Assembly: GCA_045627965.1 (NCBI GenBank)
Contig: JAZQOP010000315.1
Location: forward strand, 1-57,011
Origin: Kiritimatiellia bacterium
GTDB taxonomy: Bacteria > Verrucomicrobiota > Kiritimatiellia > CAIQIC01 > Lenti-01
Direction of reading: 5' to 3'
DNA length: 57,011 nucleotides
Under the pieces are notes generated by a model. That model did not search any database. It saw only the letters and a list, made by a program, of their open reading frames with translations, and was not told the origin of the DNA. Below, one piece after another: positions 9,401 through 21,400 of the stretch; the first letter of the stretch is position 1, and each line of letters begins with the position of its first letter. The translations under genes were made by a program, and so were the position numbers.

Positions 9401-12400
9401 GCCCGTCGTCGGGGAAACAGCAATCGGCTCCAGTGCGCCAGCGTTCGGACCGCGGAAGACGGCATAGCCGGAGGCCCCGGCGACATCGCGCCAGGCCAGG
9501 CTGACCCGTCCCCCTTCGCCGGCTGTCCACTCCAAGCCGCCCGGCGCGTCCAGTCCAGGCAGCTCGCCTTGATAGACCAGGAACTGGCTTTCGCCGCCGA
9601 TCGTCGTGCCCAAGTTGCCCAGCTCATCACGCCCTTCGTAGGAGAAGCGCAGCAATTCCGACGGTTGTCCCGCCGTCGAGGGCAGGTCGAACGATCCGAT
9701 CCACGTCCCAGACTGTCCGCCCTGGGCCAGCGCCACAGGCGTCCATTCAGGACTCGTTTCGGTCAACATCCATCGCAGGGTGGGTGTGTCGGAAGGCAGG
9801 TCGTCTTCCGCAAATGTCATGGTCACGGTTATGCGTCCGGGGCTGTCCGGATTATTTTCCACCGGTGCCGAAGGCAGGAGGGCCAGCGCAGCGAGACGAG
9901 GCCCCGCCGAGTCAAGTTCGATGGCCGTTCCGCCCAGGATGACCGTTCCACGGTTACCCGCAACGTCACGGCCCGAGAAACTGGCCACGGCCGTCCCTGT
10001 GGGCGTTGCATCGCCCACCTCGATGATTCCGGAGTATTCGCATTCGTTCGTTGCACTTTGGCGCAATGTCGGCGTAATCGGCGTGTTCCCTGCCACCGTC
10101 AGGCTCACAAACGGGATGGCTTGCAGCTTTTCGCTCACCGTCACTGTCACCGTTACCAAGCCGCGGCCGTAGGTCTCGCCGACCTTCGTCCCCGCTGTAC
10201 GGAAGGACAAGATTGCCGTCGGCGGTGTCCGGTCGCAGGTGGCCGAAGCGATTTCGCTCAAATCGCTTCCCGTGCCGGCGTTATTGACCGCCATGACGCG
10301 GTAGTAGTATGTCGTGTCAAGCGGCGTCTCGTCCGTGTAGGTTGTCGCCGTCAGCAGCTTCGAGTTGACACGGGTCGCCGAAAGGTGGCTGTCGAACGGC
10401 GTGCGCGAGCGATAGATCCAGTAGCCCTTCGCATCGAGCGCACCCGCCCATGTCAACTTCACGGTGCCGCCTTCCTGCGCGGTCGCCTTCAGAGTCGTCG
10501 GAGCTTCCGGCACGCTCGAATCAACGATGACGCGTACCGGGGTGCTAAACACCCCTTGGCCGGCGCGGTTCTGGCCGGCGGCCTTCAGACGGTTCACGCC
10601 GTCGCCCAGCGTCACATATCCGGCGAAAGCGCCATCCGAAGCCGGGGCCCACTGCGCCGCCAGCACATCGTTCACATACACATTCACCATGTCCGCGTTC
10701 TTCGCCCCCGTTCCCGTCACGCTCAAGCGGGTCTTGCTGAGCATCTTCTCCGTGGCGGGGCTTGTGATGGTCGGCGCACCGGGGAGAGCCAGTTGCACCA
10801 TCAAGTTCGTCGTCAAGATACTCTCGTTGCCCTTCGTGTCGAGCGCACGGATTTCCAGCTCATACGGGCCATCGGCTTCCGTCGTCGAGACCTTCCAGGA
10901 TGCCGTCGCGTTCGTCGAGGCGCTACTGCTCCCCAAAAGGCGTCCGTCGATGCGCACCTCGATCCGCGCCACGCCGGCACGATCCGTCGCCGAAACGGCC
11001 AAGGTCCCGTCCGCGCGAAGCGCCGTTCCCGACGTCAGAGGAATTCCGTCCCAACGCAGATTCCCAATGGATGGACCTTCCGTATCGGGGCGAGGCACCG
11101 CCGCCGAAGCGACCACCGCAGGGTCCATTCCACCGGCGATATTCTCGGCCGCCACGGCGAACCAGTAGGTCTGGCCATTGACCAGGTTGGCCACCTGGTT
11201 TGTAAGCGCCTTCGTCCAGACGAGCGCTTCCATTCCCTCGACACTGGCAAATTCCTGGGTCGACACAAAGACGGCATAGCGGCGCACCAGGTTTGTAGGT
11301 TCGGCCGCTGTCCATGCCAAATCTACCGTCTGCTCATAGACATCTGCAATATCGGCGACCGGGTTGGCCAGCCATGTCGCGCCCGTGGCCGTCTTGCCCG
11401 AGCTCATGTTGCCATCGCGGTCGTAGGCGCGAATCCGGACCGGATATGCCGTCGCTCCGAGGAGATGGTCGCGGCGGACAGCCAATTCGGCATTCGTCGC
11501 CGGCACCATTTCACCATCGCCGGCATCGGCGTCAAACTTCACGACATAACCATCCAGGTCGCCGTCTCCGTTCGCCGCCGGCATCCAATGCACCACGAGG
11601 TTGCTCGCGCCGCAATCGAACCAGATGTTCGTCGTGTCGGCAGGCGCCACTACGTCCATCGTCGTCGCCGGGACGCTCACGACGCGGCGGCGTTCGTTCC
11701 CCGCGGTATCCCGCGCGGCGACCGCGAACCAATAGGTTGTGTTCCGCGACAGGTTGTCTACCGTGTACCTCTTCGTTCCCGAGGACACGCTTGCCCGGAA
11801 CGTCGCCAGCATGCTGTTCGTGAAGGCCCCGTCCGTCGACATGTAGATCCGATACGACGCGATATCGTTGCCATTCTCGTATTCGTTGTAGTTCGTCCAG
11901 GCCAGCTTCACCTGGGTCCCGTTCCCCTGGCCATCCGCCGTGATCGTGACCGCGCCGGGCGCATTGTCTTCATAGTAGATGGCCACAATCGTCTCGCTGC
12001 TCCGATTTCCGGCCGCGTCTTGGGCAAACAGGACGATTTCGTTGTCTCCGCCCTCCAAGGAGACGGTGTACGACCAGTTCGTCGCTCCTTGCGATCCGCT
12101 TGCCTGCCGACCATTCACCCAGACTGTCGAACCGGCTTCCTTCCAACCGTGCAGCGTCTGGCTCGAAATGGTCGTCGGCGACAGCACGCCTTCCGCCACC
12201 GGCACAGCCGGAGGCATCGTATCCACCGTGAAAGTGGTCTGCTGCTCTCGCGAGTTCCCCATCAAGTCCGTCAAGGTGATCTTCACCGTGTAGGCTCCGT
12301 CAGGCAACGTTCCAGCGAACACGAACTCGGCGCGGTTCGTGCCGACCGACGGCGTTCCCGGCGCCCCCTCGACAGGTGTGTCGCCGCGACGGACCTCCAG

Positions 12401-15400
12401 GGCGCAACGTGCGGCATCCACCCCCGTCGTCGCGTCCCGATAGGTCACCACCACGTTGCTCGGGCTGGTGGCCAATGTCGCCCCGTTGCCCGGGGTCACC
12501 GAATCCACCGTCGGGGCCACATTGTCCACCCAGAAGCGATATTCGACCTCGTCGCTCTCGTTCCCGGCCTGGTCGCGAGCCTTCAACCGAAGGGTGTTCA
12601 GGCCTTGGGACAGGCTGGTCGACCAACTCCACTCGCCGTCCGCTTCAGCCGCGCGGAGGGTGCCGTTCACCCAAATGCTTTCCACCTCGGGACGCATCCC
12701 TCCGATCGTAATGGACGTCACGCGCAGGTCGTTCGTCGCGGGGGCCATCGTCCAACCATCCAGCACTGGCGGCACCGGAGCCGTCCAGTCCAGGCGCATC
12801 CAGTTCGTATAGGCCTCCAGCATCTCCATGCCGGAAACGCTAACCAGCGTCGGGGCCAATGTCAGCGAATAGTCGCCTTCCGCTGTCGCACCACCATCCA
12901 GCCATGCCACCCAGACGCTTCCCGCCAAGCCGGAAGCCGCAACCTGCTCGACATTCGTCACCTCAACGACGCCGGCCGGTCCGACGACCGTCAACGCGTC
13001 CGTGCCAAACGTCCCCTCGCGCACCTGGGTCGAGAACTCGAAGCGGATGCATTCCACCGCCGTCGTCACCAAGCCTTCCGGCGACATGCCCAGCACGCGG
13101 ACAGGGACACGTTCGCCGATCCACACCGTGCCATCCTCGGCAGCCGCTTCGCTCAAGCCGCTTGTCCCGGCCGCGCTGGAGAGGTGTTCGGCGTCGAATT
13201 CCGTCATGTCGCTGTAGTACACGGCGATGCGCCCGCCACCGCCACCGACCTGGCCGTTGCCCGAGCCGCCACCGCCGCGGGCCATCATCCAACCCGCGCC
13301 CTTGAGCGTCGTCGCCTCGACATACACGCTGCCTCCGGCGCCGCCCGCCGAGTTGCCATTCGGAGGATTCGCGCCGTCCGCCAGGATGTTCCCTTCCAGG
13401 TCCAGCGTGCCCGCCACGATACGGACCACGCCACCGCCAGCGCTCCCCGTGTTCGCCGTCCCGGAGCCGCCGCCCGGCCAGATCGGGCTATACATGTCGC
13501 CGTACGTTGCCCCAGGCGTCCCGTCATAGGCGCCGCCCAGTCCGCCATGGCTGCCGCCGGACCGTCCCGTGCTCGCCCCTGCGGTCGCATTTTGATACGT
13601 CCGCCCCGGACGGTAGCCCTTGCCGCGGACGTCGATGGAGCTGTCCGCCGAAACCGACAGCGTATCCGCCACCTGCAGGTTCACGGCATACGTCATATTC
13701 GTCGTCGCCACAGGATGCGTCAACGTCGCGCCGTTCGTCAGCGACAACGCCCGCAACGCCAAAGGCTCCTGCACTTCCAGGTGCGCCTGGTTTTCCAGGC
13801 GCACCTCGGCATTTGTCAGCGCCGACAGCCCGGACTTCGCACGCACCACGACGCCGCTGCCCGACACGACCGCCAGGCCGTCATACGGCTCCGCATCTTC
13901 CGGCAAGAACAGGGCGGCAACACCGCCGGCGGCGCTGCTCCCACGCAGGATCTTCACCACCGGCTCCTCGCCGGCCGGCGCCACGTACAACGTCCCGGAT
14001 CCCGCCGCCGGCGACCCATAGCGGGCGCCGCCGCTCACGTTCACATGCTCCTCCAGCACAAAACCTTCCGTAAGCGCCTGGTAGGCCACCGATACACGAC
14101 CGCCACCGCCGGCGCCGTAGTATTGCGAAGCGCCGCCGGCTGCCGAAACATTCCCGATGCCGCCCAGGACGCCGGCATCCAGGCGAACGCTGCCACCAGC
14201 GCCTGAGCCGTACGAATTCTCCGCGCCGGCCGCGGTCACCGTTCCGTCGACGATGATCCGAGGAGCCGCCAAGGCAATCACGCCACCGCCGTTGCCGTTG
14301 CCGCCACCGGAACCCGGCAAGGCAGGATGGCGGAAATCGTCATACACTTCACCGGTCGTCCCGCTGGAAACACCACCATAGCCGCCATGGCTGCCGCCGG
14401 CATATCCTGTCGCTCCACCAACCGTCGTGTTGTTCGGCGCCGTACGTTTTGCCCCATACCCCTTCCCGGTCGCGTCGATGCGGCTCCCGGACTCCACCCA
14501 GATTTCCCCGTCAGCCGTCACATCCATGTACCCCGTCCAGTTCGTCGTCGACACATCATGCGTCACCTGGCCCCCGTTCACCACCCACAGGTTTGCCAGG
14601 TGATGCGTTCCATTCAGTGTCAGCGTCGTCCCGTTCACCAGCACGCTCTTCCCTTCAAGCGCCGTCCCGTTCGTTGCGACCGTCGTGGAACTCGTCAGTT
14701 CCGTGTCATACGGCAGATCCGTCACGGTGAAACGCCACGTGACCGTTTCACCCGTATTGCCCGCGCGATCCTTCGGTGTCACCGACACCTGCCACGTTCC
14801 AATCCCGAACGGCACGGCCGGGGTAAACGCCGCATTGGTGCTCCCGTGCGTCCAAGTCCCCTCCACGACGGCTCCGTCCTTGGCCAGCGACAACGTCGTC
14901 TGATCCCAGTCCATTCCGCTCCCCATTTCCCAGAAACGGACATCCACCTGGGCCGGCGGAGCCTCCGAGGGGAAGTACGCCTTGTCCTGCGGGCTCTTCT
15001 GGGTGACATACGGGCTGTTGTAGTCCACGAAGATGTGATACGTGTTCGTCTCCGAATGGTTCCCCGCCAGGTCCACGCACCAGAAGCGCATGTCGCGTTC
15101 CCCGTTCGAATACGATGAATACCAAGACCATTCCCCGTTCCCCTCGGCCACCTTCTGGTAGTCGTCCACCCAGAGCGCCGTCCCGTCCGTTCGCGTCCCC
15201 GTGATCGTCAGCCACGAATTACGCACCCAGTTCGTGACGCCGGCCCCCGCCATCCAGCCGTTCACCGTCGGCATTTCCGGCGTTTCCGAAAGAACGACCA
15301 CGCTCCCGCCTTCCGCTGCGGACATCTGCGCGCCGAACAAGCCGCCCTGCACAGCCGGCCCAATCATCAGATTGTGCTGGCCCTGCTCCGTCGTCGTCGG

Positions 15401-18400
15401 GAAAATGACCTTGTACGTCCGCTCATCCAGACGCATCAGGCGGCTCGCCGTCACCGCCCCGCTCGGCCCCTCCATCGTGGCGTCGGAGACGTCGAACGTC
15501 GCGGCATCCACGTCCTGGTTGAACTGAACCGTCCACGTTCCCAGCCACTGGGCCCAGCCGGACGGCTCTGCCTTGTCGACCCGCAAAGGAGCAGGGCCCG
15601 TCATCATGTAGATCGTCCCCGGGTCGCCTAGGTAATAGCCATTCTGCTTGCGCCCCTCCGACACGCTCATCTGCGACTCCACCTCAAAGCCCAGGTTCGT
15701 TGCGGCCCAGATGGCCACGCGGCCGCCGCCGCCAGTGTAGGCATAGCTCGACGACGTCGTAGTCGCCGCGCCGCCCTCGGCCATCACGAAACCATTGCCC
15801 GACAACACTCCCGTATCCAGCCAAATGCTCCCGCCTGCACCCGTAGACTGCGTATTGGTCGCCCCGTTGGCCATCACCGTCCCGTCCAGGACCATCTCGC
15901 GTGCCTGGATTCGGATGACACCGCCGCCGGCACTCTGCGCGCCGCCGCTGCCCGGCTCATGGGGATTCGTCTGGTCGCCATACGGCTGGAGACTGCTGCT
16001 CCCGCCCTTGCCGCCGTGCGAACCGCCCGCCGAAATGCTGTTCGTTCCCGTCATCCCGCCCACCCCCGTCGGCCAGCCCTTCCCGGTCACATCCACGGAA
16101 CTGTCGGCCCCCACCCACAGCATCTTGTCCAGCACCAGGTCGACCGAATGCACCACGCCTGTCTCGCAGGCGGGATGGGTCACTACGGCACCATTCGTCA
16201 AAATCAAGCCCTTCAGGCGATGCACGCCGTCAAACTCGATGGTTGCGCCATCCGCGAGCAAAAGCTTCCCTTCATAGATGTCGTCCCCGGCCGCCACGCT
16301 GACCTGGCCAGTCAAAACAAGCGCGTCAAGGCCTTCGAAGCGACCCGTTTCGGAATTTGTCCATTCACCGGCGGCATTCCCCGCGCGGACCGCCCACTCA
16401 TACGTTCCATCTTCTCCGAACGCCCAATTCCAGCACGTTTCCGTCGTCGTCCCCAGAACCGCCAATTCACCGCCTTCGTGTCCAGCCAGCACCTCGTAGA
16501 TCACCGCGCAGTCGCTACCGGCCCACGTCAGCAAGGCTTCATTGACCGCATAGCCGCCATCCTGCGGCCGCGACAGGATCGGTGCCTGCAACGGATACGC
16601 ATCCGTCATCACGAAGTCCGTCTCCTGGGCATCCGCCACCACTTCTTCAAAGGCCACTTCCGCCGGCTCAAATGTACCGCAGCCCCATTCCGCCGCAACA
16701 CGGCCGATCCAGCCATCCGGCACGGCAATCGCCCACCAGCCCGTTCCAGCCTCGGTCTCGACCTCGGCCAGCAACGTCTCGGCGCCGCCTTCTTCCGATG
16801 CCGCCGTCCAGGCGCGCACGATCGCACCATCCACCGGACGCCCATCCAGCCCCAGGACCACACCGGCAAGCGTCGGCGTTTCCTCCATTGAGCGCACCAC
16901 CCACGTCACCTTTACGTCCTCCGACACATTCGCCAACGTCAACGACGTCCCGCGTCCGGCAAAAGCCCCGTTCGTCAGCCAATACGACGTCGTGCATTCC
17001 GTCGAGCCCTCCAGCGTCAGCTCCGAGCCAGGGGCCACGAACTCGCGCTGAGGCTCCACGTTGCCGCTCCCACGGCATTCCGCCGTCACCCACCAACCTT
17101 CCACGGCCCCTTCGATGGCCCCCATATCCACCGCCTCGCCTTGCACGCGCGGATTCCCCTCCAAATCCAATGCCTCTTGCGGCAACGACGAATCGCCCGC
17201 ATCCACGCACGCCGATCCGGACCGCAAGCGATAATCCCCGCGCGCCGCATCCACGAAGATGTCATCCAGCGCATCGCCCATCCACGAATGCACCAGCACA
17301 TTCCCCATTCCCTCTTCCTCAATGCTTCCTGCCACAATACTGTTCGCCAACCGGGAGGCCTGCGTGCCGACACATCCCGTCAGCGTGCAGTTGACGGCCG
17401 TCGCCGAGCGCAACAAGCCATCCACCAGGCAGCTTTCCAGCTCGCTCCGTTCCACGGCCCCCGCCACGCGGCAACGCTCCAACCGTCCACCCGATGTCCC
17501 AGTCCTGGGGCCAAATTCAAACGCCCCCATGTCTGGTGCAGCTCCATAAATCCGTTCATTTCCAGCCAAATCCGTCGGCGAATTTGTCGCAAAGTTCGCG
17601 TATCCGGCATCAATGCAAGGCGACCCGTCTCGCAGTGCATAATTCCCGCATGCCGCATCCACGAAAAGCGGATCCCCTGTGACCGTTGCCTCGCTGTCCT
17701 GCAAGCAAGAGGCCAAAATCGAACCATAGGTACCGCTCACGCCATTCCCCCACACGATGCTGTTCCTCAAAGATGCTCCGTTCACGCCCCACCCACTGTT
17801 ACCGGCAATTGTGCAATTCGCGGCCAATCCGCCCAAAACCCCGTTGCCCACATTGTCAGCCACCAGGCAACTGTCCAGCTGAGCATTATTCACCACTTGG
17901 CATATGGCGGTATTCCCCACCATTTGGCTCCGAACGGCTGTTGCGTCGCCTACGACAACGTTTCCTGTGCACCGAATAATCGAACAGTCCTCCAGGCGGC
18001 TGGACGACACCACAGCAGAAGCAGATTGGCAGTCCTGAATTACGCAGTCTTTTAGGAGACCGCTCGTCAGCACAGCCACTTCACCGGTCGTTCCCCCGTT
18101 CTGGAGTGTGAAGCCCTCAAACACCATGTTGGTAGAAGCTCCTCCACCAGCAGCCGAAATTAAGGCTTCCCAACCTGCCCCCGTCACAGAACTGTCCGAA
18201 TAGAAACCAAACGACAACACACCGCTGTCCGTTGTATAGTTCCAGTTGACGAACGAACCCAACGTTTGACGGCTCACTTGAGTGCTCCCGTTGGAGACGG
18301 CCAAGTAATCGCAACACGATTCCCCTCCTGCAGTCACAAATGTTAGGGCCAATGCCCCCCCTGTAGCATTTCGGAACGTATACGTCAACCGTTCCGAATT

Positions 18401-21400
18401 CCCATAATTGCCGTTTGCTCCGCCACTGTCATAGAACCGATAGGTCTCTCCCGGATTGATAGATGTCGTCCCGCCATTCGACGACCCGTTCAAGGTTACA
18501 CTTCCGACCACGTTCTCCACATTGAATGAATCTCCACCATCCTGGATGCTTATGCACGGGGCATTCCCTCCACCATCAATGATGGTTTGCGATGCCCCCG
18601 ACGTCCCCACGACTTGCAAGCGCTTGTTTGATGTCTCGACAGACGAGTAGATGCCCGGTCCAACCAGGACAGTATCACCATCGCTCGCTCGATTTACCGC
18701 CGCTTGAATAGACCGGAACGGGCTAGCAGGACTTCCAGCGTTGCCATCATCCCCAGCGGCGGCCACGTACCATCTGTTCCCCGACAACGTGACGAAAACG
18801 GCAGTCAATGCGACATTTTCCGTCCCCGCCGTCCAAATATAGGTTGAATTTGTCCCCACTGTTTGCCCCTTAAGTTCCCAACGCAAGAATGTCACACCAG
18901 ATGCCGGCATCGCCGTAAACGCCACCTGTGCGCCTGTCTCGGCCGTCGCACGCACTGGCGAAACCGTTCCGTCCCCCTGCACCTCCACCGTCGCCGTCGG
19001 ATGATCTGTCGATAAATCCTGGTTCTCCCAGGTCCCCAGGGTAAACCCGGCCAGTACGGCACCCTGCGCCAAAGTCGCACTTCCGGAGGCGCCACCGCTC
19101 AATGTGGTCAACGCATAACCATCCGTACTTTCGATTCGGACAGCCTTGTCGACCGCCACCGCATCATACGTTCCGGGACGCACATGGATGACATCGTTGA
19201 CCCATGCCGCCGCAACCGCCTCACCGATCGTTGCAAACGGCAACTCTTCGCTCCCGTCGCACAGATCCGAACCGTTTGCGGCATCCACCCACAGCTCGCC
19301 AATCGCCCATTTCGCCGTCACGACAACGTTCGATGCGACCCCTGTCAGCTTCAGCAGACGGCTTGTGCCCACCTGCGTATCGCCCATCCACCACCCGGCG
19401 AAAGCATGACGCTCATCGCCCCAGCTCGCCACCAGTTCCGCCGTTCCGCCAGCAGCCACCAGCTGGACCTCGGGGCTCACCGTCCCCGCGCCGTCCGCCA
19501 GTGCCCGGACCTGCCAATAGCCTGCAGGCGTTTCGACGGCAAACGCTCCCTCGTAGGCACCCAGATCCACTCCGCCCCCTTGGACACGCGCCGTGCCAGC
19601 CAGGTCAAATGCACCCAGATCTGTGTCGTCCGATGTTCCGGCATCCACATACGGGCTCCCATCCGCCAGACGATAATCGCCCTCCGCCGCATTTACGAAG
19701 CACGGATCTGCCGCCCACAGGCCATCCCATGCGCCACCATAACCACCCTCCACACAAGTGTGCGACAGCATGGCTACATTCCTGGCGTTTTCATTCATCG
19801 AATGGAATGACGACTGATTCCCCCAAATCAGGCAATTCCAATATTCCCCATAATCCACACCACCGGCGTATCCGGCCGTATTGTTCACGACCGTGCAACC
19901 AACGACTTTGGAAGACCCGTAGCCGTTTCCATAGATTCCGCCACCCGTGGACGTCACATTTGTGCAGACATTGCTGACGAACAAGCTATTCCTCGCGACA
20001 AGGGGGCTCCAGCTGCCAGCACCGCTGCTGCCGGCCAGGTTCCTCTGAACCACGCACCGTTCCAACGTCCCGCCATATGTCCCGCCGCCAGAACACCCAT
20101 AACGCGCATCATTTTCCTCGACCAGGCAGTCCGTCAGCTGGCATTGGAACGTTCCAGCCCCGCCGTACCCGCCACTGCTCATCGAGTTGTGGCGAATGAC
20201 GCAATTCTCCAGCACGGCGAGCGCCGCGCCGCCGCCGCCGCCGTATGCCTGGTTTTCTTCCAATACGCAATTCCGCACCGTTCCGCCGCATACGCCGCCG
20301 CCAAGCGCCCTATTGTAGTTGTCCGCCCAGCCATGCCGCAACGTAAAACCTTCCAGGATGCTGTTCGTCTCCGTCACCATCTCAGACATGCTGTAGTTCG
20401 GATTTCGCGACATCAAAAGTGCACACCGGTTCGTCACGCCATTCGCCAAATCCAGCGCAGCGTCAATAATGGTTGATTCCGCGCCTGCCACGCCAATGAT
20501 CCGCACGGCCAAGCCGCCCGTCTTGATTGGCGCATACGTCCCCGGGAGCACCCGGATCTCATCGCCGGCCGATGCCGCATCGATCGCCGCCTGGATGCTC
20601 GCCTTGGGAGCCGCCTCCGTCCCCGGATTCGCGTTATCGCCCATTGCTGCGTCGACCCACAGCACCCCCGGTGCGAAGACAGCCGTCAAGGTCAAGGATT
20701 CGGACACATCCTGCCACGTCAGCTCCAGTTCCGTGCCGATGGTCGATCCGTATGCACGCCATTCCACGAACGGATGCATCCCGTCTTCCACGGCTCGCAC
20801 CGTCACGTCTTCCCCGGCCGAAACCAGCGCACCAGCCGGCTCGACACGTCCGGAACCGATCACCTCCGTCTGCAGACGGACCATCCCGCTCAACTCACCT
20901 TCGCACGGCCCCATATCCACCACGTGATTCTGAATACGTGGCGCCCCCAGCAAATCGACAGAATTGACCACATATCCGTTGTCGCCGGCATCCACACCCG
21001 GCGAGCCCGCCATCAGGCGGTAGTCCCCGATCGCCGCATTCGCGAACTGGACTTCCGCGACCAGTCCCGTCGTGAAGCTTCCATAGACATAGGCGTTGGT
21101 CGACGGCACACAGCAGTGGTCCATCGTGACGCTATATCCGCCAGCACCAGATGCCAGGCAATTCTTCCATGTGCAGTAGTAGCCTTCAGGCCCCTGCCCA
21201 TCCGCCTGGTTCCCCGTAATCAAACAATTCACATACATTCCGTTGTACGTTCCGCCACCCCCATATTCAGCATAGTTCCCTTCGACCAGGCAGTCGTATG
21301 CTGTGCAACCTTCCAATCCACCACCGTAGGAATTCGCTCCTTCAGCCCGGTTCCCGCGCACGATGCAGGCATGCAGTGTACTATAGTCCGCTCCGCCGCC

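Noticed and set aside
8534-14206. A 1,890-aa ORF on the + strand
   Set aside because: It is antisense to the giant ORF. Its product is Arg/His/Pro-rich low-complexity sequence (RRRR, HRRR runs) with no domain motifs, whereas the minus frame encodes clean FN3, Ig and Gly-helix domains. Long stop-free antisense frames are expected in GC-rich coding DNA.
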